Origin: the human T2T-CHM13v2.0 reference genome, Homo sapiens
NCBI RefSeq assembly: GCF_009914755.1
Contig: NC_060929.1
DNA length: 64,000 nucleotides
Strand: one strand, 5' to 3'
In this document: in pieces, positions 27,405-43,690 of the stretch
Numbering within the stretch: the first letter of the stretch is position 1
Layout of the letters: every line of letters starts with the position of its first letter
Notes under the pieces: model-generated
Seen by the model: only the letters and a program-made list of their open reading frames with translations
What the model was told of the DNA's origin: nothing
Databases searched by the model: none
Program-made: the position numbers and the translations under genes

Positions 27405-28585
27405 TAGTAGCATTTCCTCTTTGGTTATTTTTCCAGCAAGTTCTATTTTAGAATGAAAGAATGTATTGTTTGCTAAGATCCAAGCAGTTCACTTGAAAGC
27501 TGAAATCAGCTATGCCATGTGATGTTGATAACACCCCTTGAGATTTCTGCATAGGTTAATTCATTTGTCCCGCATATGGGACCAACCATGTCAATTACCA
27601 TTAAATTACACAGTTAAAAGTAAAGGAATAATATGGATATTATAAACTCCCAAAGAGGGGAAATCAATACACCTCACTAAATATCTTGTGTAAATATCTG
27701 TGTTTGTTTAAAGAAAGTCATTTTGCAGTCATAGTACAGGACTCTAATTCAGACATACCTCACCAAGGCTAGTGTGAATTATTAATACAACACAATTCAT
27801 GCTCTGTCTTGTTGGATTTCTATCACTTGGCTCCTGGGTTCTGGGTTCAGTGACAAATTAGAGTCATTTCCTTTTAAAGGAAACATTTCTTAAACTAAGA
27901 ATCTCTTTCCCAGAAAAAAGAGATGAAAAGAAAGCAAATATGCTGAAACATATTTTATACAATTTGTGCAAACTATTACATAATAGAAATACACTCCTTA
28001 GGTTATATCTCAGTCAGCTCTGCTTACCATAATAAAATACTGCAGACAGGATGGCTTAAATAACAGACATCTATTTTCTTGGTTATGGAGGTTGGAAGTC
28101 TGAGATTAAGATGCCAGAATGGTTGGGTTATGGTGAAATCTCTTTTTGGCTTGCAGATAGCAGCCTTTTTTCTGTGTCCTCACATGGCAGAGAGAGATCT
28201 TTGTCTTCTTATAAGTCTACTAATCCCATCACGAGGGACCTACCCCCATAAACTAACCTAACCCTTATTCCCTCTCAGAGGCTCCATTTCCAAATACCAT
28301 CAAATTGAGGGTTAAGGCTTCAACATCTGAATTTTGAGTGGGACACAAACATTCAGTCCATGACATTCTATCCTTGACCCCTCCAATATTCATGTCCTTC
28401 TCATATGCAAAATACATACATTCAACAGTCCCAAAAGTCTTAACTTATTCCCATATCAACTCTAAAGTCTGAAGTCCAAAATCTCATCTAAACATCATAG
28501 AAATTGTGTATGGGTGAGACTCGAGGTATGATTCATCCTAAGGCAAAATTTCTCCTCAGCTATGTACCTATAAAAGCAGACAAGT

Positions 28586-28905
28586 GGCCAGGCACTGGCT
28601 CATGCCTGTAATCCCAACACTTTAAGAGGTAGGAGGCAGGAGGATTCCTTGAGCCCAGGAGTGTGAGACCAGCCTGGGCCACATGGGAGACCCTGTGTCT
28701 ACAACACCTTTTTTTTTTAATTAGCCAGGCATGGTGGGGCAAGCCAGTGGTCCCAACTACTCAGGTGGTTGAGGTGGGAGAATCACTTGAGCCCAGGAGG
28801 TAGAGGCTGTAGTGAGCCAAGATCATGCCACTGCACTCCAGCCTGAGCTACAGAGTGAGACCCCATCATTAAACAAAACAAAACAAAAAACAAACAAACA
28901 AAAAA
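28586..28905 (+). mobile_element. AluJ nested in the MaLR internal region
   Basis: Full diverged Alu with (AAAC)n tail. Confidence 0.92.
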
Positions 28906-29717
28906 CAAGCAAGTTATGTGCTTCCAAAATACAATGATACCATAGCTGTGGGATAGAGAATCCCATTCCAACATTTCAAAAGAGAAATGGGAAAGAAGGA
29001 AGGGGCATCAGCTCCTAAACAAGTCCAGAACATATCAAAGCAAATTCTATTATATCTTAAAACTCGAGAATAATCTTCTTTGAGTTGTTGGTTTGCCCTC
29101 TAGATCTACACAGGCATGGGAGCAATCACTCTCATGGCTGGGGATGGGGAGAGGGGACTTGCTTAAGTGGCTCTCTACAAAGGCACTACCCACATGGCTC
29201 TCTGTGAAGGCTCTGTCTACACAGCTCTGTTGAGTGGTGGTCCTGCCCTTCGAAACAGAGGTGGAGGCAACCCTGCTCCCCAAGCCAGTGCACTCTGGAC
29301 CTGTAGTGGGAATGGCAGCCCTGATGATCTGTGAATCGCCCTCATGATCCTTCTTCCTTTTACTTGAAGGATAGCACATGTTCACAGCTGGATAGCATTA
29401 CGGTCCCAGCCTGTAAAATCCAAGAAGTCTGACAGCCTTTCTCCATAAATTCAAACTGGCAGCATCTGCTAGTATAATCCCATCTTTATTTCTAGCTTCT
29501 GTTGTGATAACTACTTGATTGTTCAGCTACACTCTAGTGTGCTCTTCAGAACAGGCTTGCTCATTTTCTGCAATATGGATAGAAATCTTCAATTTCTGGT
29601 TGCTTTTTGCTTAATTATTTTTTCTTCAATTCAAACATTCCCTTTAACATTTTACTATAAGCAGACAGAAGGAACCAAGTTACTCCTTCAAAGTTTTGCT
29701 TAGAAATCTCCTCGGCT

Positions 29718-30032
<315 letters not shown>

Positions 30033-31816
30033 CTAAATATCTCATTTCATCACTCACAATTTCTACCTTCTGCAAAATAGTAGAACACAGTTCAGACAAG
30101 CTCCTTGCCACTTTATAACAAGAATCACCTTTCCTCCAGTTTCCAATAACATGTTCCTCATTTCTGTCAGACCTCACCAGAATCACCCTTAATATCCATA
30201 TTTCTAGTGCATACATCCACAGTCTTCCAGCTCAATAACTAGTTCCAAAGTCACTTCCACATTTTAAGGCATTTGTTCCAGCAGCATTCCAATTCTCAAT
30301 ACCAAAATTTTAGTCTGCAATATCTGCCTTCACAAAATACCACAGAATTGGTGGCTTAGGCAACAGAAATTTATTTTCTCAGTTATGGAGTCTAGAATTC
30401 TGAGATTAACGTGCCATCATGGTTGGGTTCTGGTGAGGGCTTTCTTCCTGACTTGCAGACAGCTTCTTTCTTGCCCTCACATGACGGAGAGAGAGATAAT
30501 CTCTTTCTCTTCTTTTTGTAATAAGGCCACTAATCCTATCCTGAGGGCTCCACCCTTATGACCTAATCTAACCCTAATTACCTCCCAAGGGCTTCATCTC
30601 CAAATACCATCATATTGAAGGTTAGGGATTAAATTTAGAAATTTTGGGGGGATACATTCAGTCTGTAACAGGTTGTATACTCTCAAGGTCCCAGTGATGG
30701 ATGCAATCAGTGATTCCTCTAAGACCAAAGAGTTGAAGACCTGACTTTAGGAGCTTGTTTATCCCACAGAACTAAAGAATTGGGTATCTCAAGTCATCAT
30801 CCAGATACTGCAGCTCTCCTCTCCTAACTTTTTGGAGTCATTCTTTCTGCTGCTGTCAATAGCCCTCTTCTTTGGTCCCACAACACACCATCATGATTTC
30901 TGCATTAAAAATGCCATCTCCCAAGTAATTAACCTATTCACAGTAAGAACAGTTGTTAGAAGTTGGGGTTATTTCATCATGGTCCAATGGCTTTATCTTG
31001 CTCAGGAAATCAAAGATGAGTGTTTCTAAAGCAAAAAAAAGGAGGATCTCACAATTGTATCTGTTTCATTCACTCTGCAGGGTCCATTTTACACCCAAAC
31101 ATTCATTAGTTCATTGTTTGTACTCCTGCCTTTCCTGAGGAAGTCATTGTAGCACTATTTCTTAAGTATATTCAAATTTGGATAAGTTAGTCAAATTGAT
31201 GTGAAAGGACCACCCTTGTAAGCCAAATGTGTAAGTCCTACATAGGGATATTACCTGTTTTTATCTCCTGACGGGCTTTTTTTTTTCAAGTTTCTAAATA
31301 AATCCAGTGAACAAGTAGATACGCTACTCATGATTATATAGGAAAACAGAGAAGAGAAACATACACTTACTTAAAAGTAGAAACATATCTGCTCTTTCCC
31401 ACTTCACCCTTAATTTTTTTCTCCCCAGCCAATTTACTCACCTTCTGTGGCTGTGCTTCTGTGTTAGACCCTTGCTAGCTGCTTCTGGGGTTCAGAGCAA
31501 TTGTGCTCTGCCCTCATCTTTTATGACACACCTAGCAAAACAGAAGCAGAGGAGCGAGTTGAAACAGACAAACGACTATCTGTTATTCTTCAAACATGCC
31601 TAGGATTGTATTTAACTATCACCTATCTAAAAGAGGTATTCTCGCCTGCCTGGAAAGAATTTTGCTAAGAAAATTGTTTCTCTTCTTCCCATATTATTTT
31701 ACCTCTATGCTAGTTCCCTGTGATTTGATATGTCAACTTTGACAAATTCATTTTTCTAAAGCACAGATATGACCTTTTTTGTTAAGAAAAAGAAACTACT
31801 GTTGCTCCCCAGTGCT

Positions 31817-31850
31817 ACACACACACACACACACACATACACATACACAC
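31817..31850. repeat. (CA)n microsatellite
   Basis: Directly visible in the sequence. Confidence 0.9.
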
Positions 31851-32851
31851 CCTTCACAAGCCTTATCTGCACCCCCGCCCACTCCCCACAACAAACTTCA
31901 GATGTCTTAGCTTGGCATTCTTCGGAATTAGGTCAACGTTTCAGATTTTGCTTCCATTTGTGTATTTCTGACCCTTCATGAACTCATTTTGGCCTCTTAG
32001 AACTTCTTCCTCTTCTCAAAGCATCTCTTGGGTTTTTTAACCTCTTGTTCCTTCGCCTATAAAGAGAGTTTCCAAGGCAAACCTTGGTCTTCTTTAAAAA
32101 TCACTCTGCGTAAGATTTGAAATCACTAAATGAAGTTTTAATAAAGGATATATCTTCATTGCAGGGCTTTTCAAAATCTTTATAGCCAAGTATTTTGGTC
32201 ATTTCTAAGAAAGGACACACTATTAAACTATTCCAGTTCGTGTTGGGGAGGTTTTTCTAGATCTCTTTATATTCAAATTCTATTCATACTTTATCACCTA
32301 TGACAAAATAGCACTTTCTCTAAAGAAACATTCTCTGACCTCCCTATCTAAAGTGATCCGAATCTCTTCCAAACATTTATTTACTTTATGTATCCTGTGA
32401 ATCTTTGGAATCTAAGCTTATTAGAAAATATAGAAAACCACGAAAATGAAAGCAAAAATCAGCTGTAGTCTCTAAGGCAAAGAACATTTCCAATTAAGAA
32501 ATTAAACTCCCTTTGACTTTTAAACCCCATCTTAGCAGTTTGTTGCATTCACTTCCAACTTGTTTCTGTTCTCATAAGGATACTCTATCTTCAGATAGAT
32601 AGATATAGATAGATGTGTTGTTTTAGCAAAAATAGAAGTATGTTTTACCTTGTTGAGCCTTTTTTTTTTCATTTCATAAGATAAAATGTACAGCTTTCTA
32701 GATCAGAACACCTAAATCTATTTTCTTTTTAAGGATTAAATCTATAGGCATATCAATTTTTATTTTTTATCTCTTGTATATTATTAGGTTGTTAATTCAT
32801 TAAAGGTAAAGTATGTATCTTATATAGGTTAGTATTATTCACAGTATTTAA

Positions 32852-33147
<296 letters not shown>

Positions 33148-33188
33148 CACAATATTTAACTTTAAATAGGTATATAATACATGGTTAT

Positions 33189-33589
33189 TTTCACTCACAT
33201 CCATGTGAAGAGACCACCAAACAGGCTTTGTGTGAGCAACAAGGCTATTTCACCTGGGTTTCAGGTGGGCTGAGTCCGAAAAGAGAATCAGCGAAGGGAG
33301 ATAGGAGTGGGGCCGTTTTATAAGATTTGGGTAGGTAAAGGAAAAAGGGGGGTTGTTCTCTGGTGGGCAGGGGTGAGGATCACAAGGTGCTCAGCGGGGG
33401 ACGTTTTGAGCCAGGATGAGCCAGGAGAAGGAATTTCACAAGGTAGTGTCATCAGTTAAGGCAGGAACCGGCCATTTTCACTTCTTTTGTGGTGGAATAT
33501 CATCAGTTAAGGCAGGAACCAGCCATCTGGATGTGTATGTGCAGGTCACAGGGGATATGATGGCTTAGCTTGGGCTCAGAGGCCTGACA
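33189..33589 (-). mobile_element. Solo LTR7 (HERV-H LTR)
   Basis: Reverse complement begins TGTCAGGCCTCTGAGCCCAAGCTAAGCCATCATATCCCC and ends ...GTGAAA; perfect TSD GTTAT at 33184-33188 and 33590-33594. Confidence 0.95.
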
Positions 33590-36409
33590 GTTATTGAATG
33601 AATGGAGAAACAAATCACTTAGACACCTTCTAGGAAAAAATGACCAACTATGCTACCTGCAATTACGTTTCAAAATATAGCTTATCTGAAGAAAAGGAAG
33701 TAACATTTAATTACAAGCATCAATACAACTCAAGCACAGAGGAAGTGTGCTAAACAATTTCCTCCATACGTACAAATTTTTATTTACAGAAAAGTATATG
33801 TCTTAATGAGAAAATGTGCTCGAAAACATTCTCATCATTTCTGAGTTTGGTTTCAGTCTTAATGAATGTGTCCCTTAACTATTAATCTGCTTTGTCATCT
33901 CTCTAACTCCCTACTATCTCATTGCCATTGCAAAGGCAAAGGTCCACATCTTTTATAGTTTCATATTATCCAAAAGTGTTAACTTAGGATAGATGTGTAC
34001 ATAGTTTTGTACTCATTGTACATGCTTAGCTGCAATTCTTTTGCCTTTGCACTTCTGAAATACAACCATATTCACAACACATCATTTGTTCCCTTATAAC
34101 ATTTCACCTTTTCCACTTTGTTTATTCTCTATATGCTCACTGTTAGTTTAGATGCTGCCTTAGGCTTTTATGATATATACTGTGACTGCATACTGTAATT
34201 TTTCTCTATAGCATGTATCCCATTTATTTAAGTGTGTGTGTGTGTGTGTATACAGTCTATATAATAAATTTACATGCTTCCTTAAGTAGACTGTAGGCCC
34301 CACCAACATAGAAACCATATGTGTCTTGTTCTTCATTGTACCCTCAATGCCTAAGAAAGGTGCTGGAACATGGTAGGCATTCAATAAATAATTGGTAAAT
34401 AAATAAATATACAATTCTGGTAGTTGATTAATTCAAATTAATTTTAAAATTTAGAACTGTAAAAGTAAATTAAAAAATAAGATAAAGACAATGTGATTAT
34501 TTTTTAATAAACCAACAGGTCATGGAGATTTTAAAAATTAAATTCAGTCATATGGCCTTGTAAAGTAACTAGAGAAAAATGTACACACTTAAACCAGCTG
34601 CTTGTGGCATTCATCAGTTAATTCATTTGTTTATAAAATCATTTTATTTTCTAGGTGGCCCAGAAACAGTAGGTTGAGAAGCAGCAATGAATTAAAATCA
34701 AGAAGAAACACAGAAAAAAGTAAAAACACATGTGCATACACATATAAGCCTAGAAGCTTGAGTATACTAAGCCTAATCTGATTCTTAATGATAAACATGG
34801 TCTGAATCATATGGAGTAACCTAACCCTTTGGCTACTAAATTACCAATAAACATTGATAATGGTGATAAAGCATCTAGCACTCCTTTACTGATATTGAGT
34901 TAATGAGTTATTTCTACTATATAATTACCAAGACATATGATATAGCTATGGTCCTTTATTTAGTGTTGAGGGGGTAAATATGGCAGTTGTTTTTAGATCT
35001 TACTTAAAAAGCAAAAATGTTTGAATTAATCTCCCTTTCAAGGGCCACCTCCTGGCACTTCATGGTTCCATGAATAGCTGACATTGACTTGCCATGTGTA
35101 AAATTAAGCTTTTCTTCCCATCACTTTTCTTGAGGACTCATTTTGCTGTTCACTATTCATTCACATTTACATATGCCCATTTTTACCTTTGTGTCAATAA
35201 TGATAAAAATCTCTCTCTTATATTGTGTCTAATACTATTAGCCACTCACTCTGTTGAGAAATTTACACATATTATCTCCTTTAATTTTTCCAGCAATCTC
35301 ATGAGGTAGCTCATTTTACAGATGAAGTAACAAGCTCAGAAATTGAGTGGAGAAGTTTAGCACCAAATCCTTTTAACCTCAAACACATGATTATTTTATA
35401 TTACCTCTTAACACTGATTTACTACAGGGAAAAACTTAAACCCTTTCATTTCCCCCAATTTAGGTCATCCATCAACAGTCATTTATTAAATATCTTAAAA
35501 GGGCCAGGCATGTGATCAATGTGTATATCCATATTAACTGTGCTGTGGCTAGTTAATCGAATATGGAAATTTTGTTCATTAAATAAACATGTATTGTGCA
35601 CCTACTGAATGCTTGGTCTCATGAACAAGAATGATATAATCTCTGGCTGTGAGTATCTTACAGTTCACATAAGAGACATGAAATTTCAGTGTTGGTGAGT
35701 CCCCTACAAAATAATATAGATAAAGGCTGTCCTCTAGTGTAAAGCTGTGAAAACTACAGCTAATCCACAGTTTTCTTTTGTTTAATTTCTTTTCTTTTTA
35801 AATTACTTTTCTTCAAAATTAAAACTGTAGAAGAACCTGGTTCTTCCCCCAAAATTTTTTTTAAAAGCTTCTGCCTCATCACAAAATTCTCCACCCTGCC
35901 ATACTCTGTGGAACCAGGGACTCATAGCATTTGTGGGACTGGAGTTGATGTTTTCTGAGCAGTTTTCTGTCCTGAGCTTCCTCATTATGTTGCAGTGAAA
36001 GGGATGGTATGGTAAAATTCTGGATTTACTTGCAATCAACCCTTACATAATAATTTTTTAGACTTCCATTTATTGAGGACTTGTCCAGTATTTCGTGTTA
36101 ATACTTATATAATACCTTATAAAACAATTTCAAATCAGCATCTCAGAGGCTGATTCAGTCCACTTGAATGTTTTGTTTGGCTCAGTGGAGTGTTCAACTT
36201 TAAAATTTATGGTATTTTAGAAGCGACCATAAATTCCTAGTGTCTCTTTAAGAAAAAGTAGGGGGTCTGGCAACACAGGACCACCTACACATATGGCAAC
36301 GCAAGAGTCAGCTGGACAGGGTTAGAAATTGATATAGATATTTTATCGGTTGAAAGTTTAGCTTGGAAACATTTGGAAATTTTTTTTTTCTTTTGTCCTA
36401 TACAAATGA

Positions 36410-36649
<240 letters not shown>

Positions 36650-37345
36650 TGATAGTATACATTTGTAGAGTGTATTTTCTAGCTGTTAGCTTTCAAATAC
36701 ATGGCTTCATTAACTCAACTCAGATTCCCCTTGGATGTCCCAAAGCCATCTTAAACTCAAAGGACTTCTTTATCTTTGTCTTTCCTGAATATCTTCTCAG
36801 GAAATTCTCTCAGTGACTGGCTTCTCTATCCAAATCCACTTACGCCAGCCAGCAACCAGGACTCATTTGTCATCTGCGTATTCAATTCATCACCAGGTTC
36901 TGAAATTTTATATTTTAAGTATTAAAATATTTCACTTCTCTCTGTCCTCACTACTATTTCCCTGATCCAACTGCCATCAGTCTAGCCTTATAACGGGTTT
37001 GTCCACATACACTTTTACCACTCCATTCTATTCCCCATGCAGCCCCACAGTGGTCTGTTAAAGGACAGTCCAGGATATTTTCCTTATTCTTAGAATAAAG
37101 ATTAAAATAATTTTGTGGTACAAAAGTTCAAAATACCTCTCAAGCCTTGTTTTGGACTTTTGGACTTTTGTCCCCCCTTTGACTACACATAAACTGCTTT
37201 GGCCTTTTTCTTCTTCTTTTCTTTCTTTTCTCCTTCTTCACTTTTACATACCAGTCTTCCTCTCACCACAGGACCTTTGCACATGCCAGTACCTATTCCT
37301 GGAACAGTGCCTCCAATCCTAGTTCCTCCAGTTCCTCCTTGAGAG

Positions 37346-37675
37346 CAGTACTACTCAATGTGGTTCACTGGTTCTAGTCCATGAATTTTTTCTGCAGGTC
37401 TATTGTAAGTAAAGAACTTGAGAGAAGCATTTAGAAACTTTTATAGCAATTGGACACTGCTGTAGCATCTAAACACATGATCAATGGACTTATCTTATTG
37501 AAGAGGGTCCAAGCTTGTTTGACGGTTGTTGAACTCAAGTCACAAGGTGTCTATGTGGGGTGCTGCATACTGGCAATGCATAATAAGACCACATACTGAT
37601 TTCAGTGGATTGGAAATTGAAACAGACAAAAACAAACAAAAATAACTGACCCTTCTACATAGTTTGGGAAGCACA
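37346..37675. mobile_element. hAT-Charlie fossil inserted in an L2 remnant
   Basis: Ends cagtactactcaa...tttgggaagcac; core gcatttagaaacttttatagcaatt. Confidence 0.6.
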
Positions 37676-38049
37676 ACTTTAGCTCTTAGCTCAAATATCA
37701 CCTTCTTGGTGTAAGTTCACATAACACTATCTTTCCTTCATAGCATTTTTCAGTTTAAAATTATACCCAGCATTTGTGTGATCCTTGGTTACGTACCATT
37801 TTCTTCTTAGCTTCATGAGGGTAGGGACCATGTCTGACATGTGTTACCATTGTATTCTCAGCATCTAACACAAAGCCTGAGAAGTGAAATTTGACAAGTA
37901 TTCAAATAAATGAGGTCCACAGCTTTCATCAGATTTTCAAGGTACCCATCTTCATCAAACAGATGAAGAACAGTTATAGCGGGAGGTCAAAAGTGTATAT
38001 TGAGTGATGATACAAAACAAGAATGAGGGGCCCAAGAGGAATGGGCTTG

Positions 38050-38080
<31 letters not shown>

Positions 38081-38892
38081 GAGGAGAAAATTGCACCAGT
38101 TGTGGCTGGTAATGGAAAATAGCTTTAGTGGCTAAGGAGTCATCATTTGTGTCTCTTGTTTTTGGAGTCAAGTTCCTTATTTTGGAATAGGGACATTGCA
38201 TCAGTAATGTCAAAGACATAGAATGGGGGATCATTTTTCATAAGCAAATTCTGCTTAGTTCCAAGACAGCCCTGCTTCACTCCACAAATTACACCCTGAG
38301 GTTGCATGGTTGTCATCTTCAGAAGCATTCTCAAGTGGGACTGACAATGCCTATTTGAGCCACACAATTGCTGTGATGTTGGCTCAGGAATGGTTAAGGG
38401 GGCAAAAATCTTTTATCTCAATTAGTAAAATCTAGAACTATAACAGTTACTTTAGTTACACCTTATCTATGCCGCCCCCAATGTATTTTAATTAGTTGTA
38501 AAAACAGCTACAATTCTTAGTAGGAAATGAGTTCTACTTGTGAAATGTATCAACATTTGTCACCATAGGTTTTCTACTAGGTACTTTGTATAAATAGCCT
38601 CCCACTAATCCTGATTACAATCGTATGAAATACATTATTACCACTTTTTTTAAACACATGGGTAAACTAAGATTTAGAGAACAAATTTGCCCTTAGTAAG
38701 TAGAGGAGTCAAGAATCAAAGATATATTTGACTTAGTAGGACAAGCCATTTTTACTCATCACATTGCAGAATCCTACATACTGTTCATTCTAATAATGTA
38801 TGATCTACATTGTTTATGGGATTAGGGATAGGGGACACTGTCTATTTTCCTTCAGTCCTACAGTTGAAAGCATTTAGAGGGAATTTGTATGA

Positions 38893-39087
<195 letters not shown>

Positions 39088-39794
39088 TAACAAAGCCAAA
39101 TAACTCCCATTCAGTGCGCATTACCCGGTGTGCCAGATTCACACATTGTCTCATTAGATAATCACACCAGTGTTGTTAAGAGAGCCCCAATTCCCATTTT
39201 ACAGATGAGAGAATTGAGACATGCACAGGGTAAGTTTGTCACCAAAGGTCACAAAGCTAGCAAGTAGTCAAGCTGGGATTCTAATCCAGGTGTATTTGCG
39301 ACTGAAGTTCTAGCTTTTAACCACTTTTTATGGTCTGTTTTTATTGAAAGGAAGTCCTAGTTCCCCAAATAGTCATTCTCATGAATCTGCTGGGGTTTTT
39401 TTTAAGTTTTCTTTGATTCTAAAGATGCAGAAGTTTGTGTCCCTAGAGATCTGAGTCAAAGAATTGAAAATTGTTGGAGTTGGGGTGAGGAATTTATTTT
39501 AGCATTTGCCCCTCATCCTTTGTTTGTTCTGTCTCAGGGATTTATATTTGTAAGGACTGATAACCAAAGACATATAATTCCCATTGGATGGATAGCCAAA
39601 CCAATGGACTTCTGTGGTCTACTGCATTATGCTGGTAAGAGCCAGAGTCCAGAAGCTTAGGCCAAAGGTCCCAAGTGAGGCCACTAGCTCCTTCTCTCTG
39701 CCTAGAACTGAAATTATATGTTCAGTTGTAGGTATATTGGGCAGAATAAGAGGCTTCTAAAGGGGCCTGTAGAACCAATTCAGTTTTCTGTTTT

Positions 39795-40082
39795 GGCTGT
39801 CATGGCAGCTCAGGCCTGCAATCTCAGCACTTTAGGAGGCCGAGGCAGGAGGATCAGGGGTTCAAGATCAGCCTTGGCAACATGGCAAGACCGTGTCTCT
39901 ACAGAAAAAGAAAAAAAAATTAGGCAGGCGTGGTGGTACTTGGGTGTAGTCTCAGCTACCTAGGAGGCTGAGGTAGAAAGATCACTTAAGCCCAGGAGTT
40001 TGAGGCTGCATGAGCAGTGATTGTGCCACTGCACTCTAGCCTGGGTAACAGAGTGAGACCCTGTCTCAAAAAAAAAAAAAAA
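39795..40082 (+). mobile_element. AluJ
   Basis: Diverged dimeric Alu with A-tail. Confidence 0.9.
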
Positions 40083-40843
40083 TTACTCTTAAGCCCATAT
40101 GAGGCATTTGCTGTGGGAATGTGAGAGTGTGATCCTTCATGTACACACAGCAGGAGGCATGCTCCAATGAGAGGGTAAGGAGAAAGTACAAAGTGAGAGA
40201 AAGGAGAAAGCAGGGTGGTGGAATTGTACCTTATGGAGCAACAGGAGGGTAGGTCTGAGTTCTTACCTCTCCGCTTTGTGGGGTCCATTAGGGGCAACTT
40301 GTACCATAATTGACACATGACACAATGAAGGTCTAGGCACCCCAACTCTTGCTTCCCCCTCCTTCTATGTGTTGCGTCCCTGCAATTAGCCATCAATGCT
40401 GGCTCAAAAGAAGTTCTACGTTATGCTTCTCTGACTTTAGTGTGAATCGGAATCATCTGGGAAGCTCATTAAAGTGCAAGTTCTTGGACCTCACATTCTG
40501 AAATTCTGATTTGGGAAGTCTGGTTGGAGAACTGGGAAGCTGAGCAAGCAACTTAGGTGATTCTGAGTTACATGATTATTAGAGCGCACTTTCGGAAACA
40601 TAACCCAAAATTTATTTTCCACTTTAGAAAAATAACTGTAAGTCGGCTTTTGTTTTTACTCATTGAGGCCTAATTGAGAGTTTAGAAAAATAAACGAAGA
40701 ATATGAAAAACGATGCTGGCAATAAATAACGTAAAACTTAGAGTGGGAATCCCAGTGTATTATTCATGGACTGCTCCGTTAAGACTAAGTATTATTTTCC
40801 GTATTAGGTCTGCTGTGTTTTTCAGAATGATACAGTAATCTGA

Positions 40844-41041
<198 letters not shown>

Positions 41042-42584
41042 TGATGGCTGCAATATCTTCGAGAGCTTCTACTGGGAGGTCATTTCAGCTTCCTGCTTTT
41101 GCTGCTTAGTGAAATAGGAGAAGTAGATCAGCCGGGTTTCTAAAAGGGCAGACCAGAGCTCCTCTGAGGATCCTAGCAGCAACATTTTACTTGTAGGCTT
41201 TCCGTCTAGAGTTCTGCCATTAACTTGACTCAGTTATTTCTCTCTTCCAGTTCTCAATTCAAAATTTACAAATTTCCTGGGAGAGGAACTGTCATTGGCC
41301 AAGCTTAGGTCAGGGGATGATTCATAAAATTATGGTAAAGGGGCAGGTTTCAAAGTACACACATGGTTGTTTTGGACCTCACTCCTGCTTTGAGGAGTTT
41401 CTGGGAGCAGCCAACCCTAGAGATGATGTCTGTTCTTTGCCACAAGCAGAATTTTATGATATCAAGCCTCACAGAAGAGTGTCTGTTCACAGGAATGACG
41501 GAATTCTAACATGGTGGAGCACTATTGCTGGATTTCAGGCTGAGTTAAATTAACTTTGTAACTAAGTATATTATTCTCTGTCAGAGTCAGAGCTCAGATT
41601 TCAGTGAAGTAACTTGCAAACACTCAGTAGGATTTTATACTCACATGTGGCTCTATGAATTATAATGATGATGAAGTAATAAAGTTACTTTGCCTCTAAA
41701 GGTCATCTATCTATCCACACGACCATTTCCATTCCTCCATCAATCCCTGCCTCCCTCCATCCATTCATTTAGGCTACTTTTTTTTAGTAGCTATGATCTG
41801 CCAGGTCCTGTGCTAAAGACTGGAGTGAGAAATGATTGAGATATAATTTCTATACTCAGTGCTGTCCCTTTTCTCAAAGATTGTGTAGTCTTGTGGTAAA
41901 GATGGCTCTGCAAACAAATAAGTATCCTCCATCTCCTTAATTTCTCTAGTAGTCAGGGGCCACTATATATTTCAATGGACAATTAACCAACGTTCACATC
42001 TCTGTCCTGTTTGATCACAGAACTGGCTTCTCGTCAGATTCCCTTCAGGAAATATTTTCTAGGACCCTCCAAGGAATGCTTAGCTGTGCTGCTAACCCGT
42101 CTTGCATATTGCTTGTCTCTGAACTGTCTTCTTCCCAATGGTCTGTTCCTCATGATCATGTCATAACCAACCCGCTTCTCCAGACTTGCTCCTTCCCCTG
42201 ACCTAGCAGAACTTGGCTCAAGGTGGATACAGGCCTCTCTGATAACAGGACCTAACATGTGATAAAAACCAAGAGATCCTTTTTATTACAAGTTTTTAAA
42301 GTTTTAGAAATAACTGAGCAATTTAGGAATAACTTTTGACCATACGTACCATGCTCAACATGATCTGCCCATCTTTCCTGCCACATCCTTGTACTATCCC
42401 ACTCTGACCCTCACTTAAAACCCTCCAACCTCACAGGCCCTGCAAGTGTCTCACTCTCAAGCACTGAACCTTTTGTTCTTCTTCAAGGCCTTTGCCCTTG
42501 CTCTTCCCTGTTCCTAGAATGGTCTTCCCTTTCATCTTCACATAGGGGGCTTCCTCTCATTCTTTATACCTTAAATATCACCTT

Positions 42585-43690
42585 GTCATTTCTGTTGTTG
42601 AATTATAGGATGTTTTTTACATATTCTGGATATTGGACCCTTATCAAATATGTGAACTGCAAATAGTTTCTCCCTTAGTCATTCTACGAAGCCAGCATTA
42701 CCCTGATACCAAACTGGACAAAGACATCACAAAAAATGATAATTACAAACTGACATCTGTTATGAATATAGATGCAAAAATCCTTAACATATTAGCAAGG
42801 TGTTCAGTTAGGCTTTTGACTTAAGATGTTTCTTCTTTTTTAATATTGGTGTTTATAGCTATAAAGTTCCTTCTGAGCACTGCCTTCACCTATCCCATAA
42901 GTTTTGGGATGCTGTGGTTTGTTTTTAATTCATCTCTAAGTATATTCTGATATCTCATGTGATTTCTCTTTTTGACTCTTTTTTTAAGAGTTTGTTGTTT
43001 AATTTCCACATTTTTGTGAATTTTCCAGTTTTCCTTCTGTTATTGATTCCTACCTTCATTCCAATTATTTCAGTCTTTTTAAATTTTTTGATACCTGTTT
43101 TGTGGTTTCCTTCCATGGTTTCCTTTAACTCTGAGCATATTCAAGACGGTTGTTTTAAAATCTCACTCTAGAAAGCTCAATGTTTGAGCTTCCTCAGGAC
43201 AATTTCTATCTGTTGATTTTAAGTCTTTGAATGGCAATATTTTCCTGTTTCTTTGTGTGCCTTGTGATTTTTTTTCTGTTGCTATTGAAAACTCGACATT
43301 TAAATATGATAATGTGGTAACTCTGGAAATCAGGTTCCTCCTTTCTTCATGGTTTGCTATTTTTTGATTGTTGAAGGCTGTAGTTATCCATTGTTTAGCG
43401 ACTTCTCCAAACAATGTTTGCAGAGATTGTCTGCTTTGTTGTGTCATCACTGAAGTTTCTGTTACTTTAGCCTGTGCTCAGCTAATGTTTTGACTGAGAT
43501 TTAACACCAAGAGCATTTTTAAGTTGTTTTTCTTTTCTTAATTTAGTGTTCACTTGGTTCCAGTAAACCTTTGAGTGCTTTCCGGAGTTTTGACAAAGTT
43601 GGTTTTGACAGTATCTGCTTGTTTTTTTGATGTTTCTGTTCAGAGATGGGGCTTGGAACTGCTTACATCAGCATTTTTCTCTAGATTCTT
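42585..43690. mobile_element. L1 fragments, mixed orientation
   Basis: ORF2-like peptide (PDTKLDKDIT...MNIDAKILNILA) on +, with flanking antisense L1 pieces. Confidence 0.7.
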
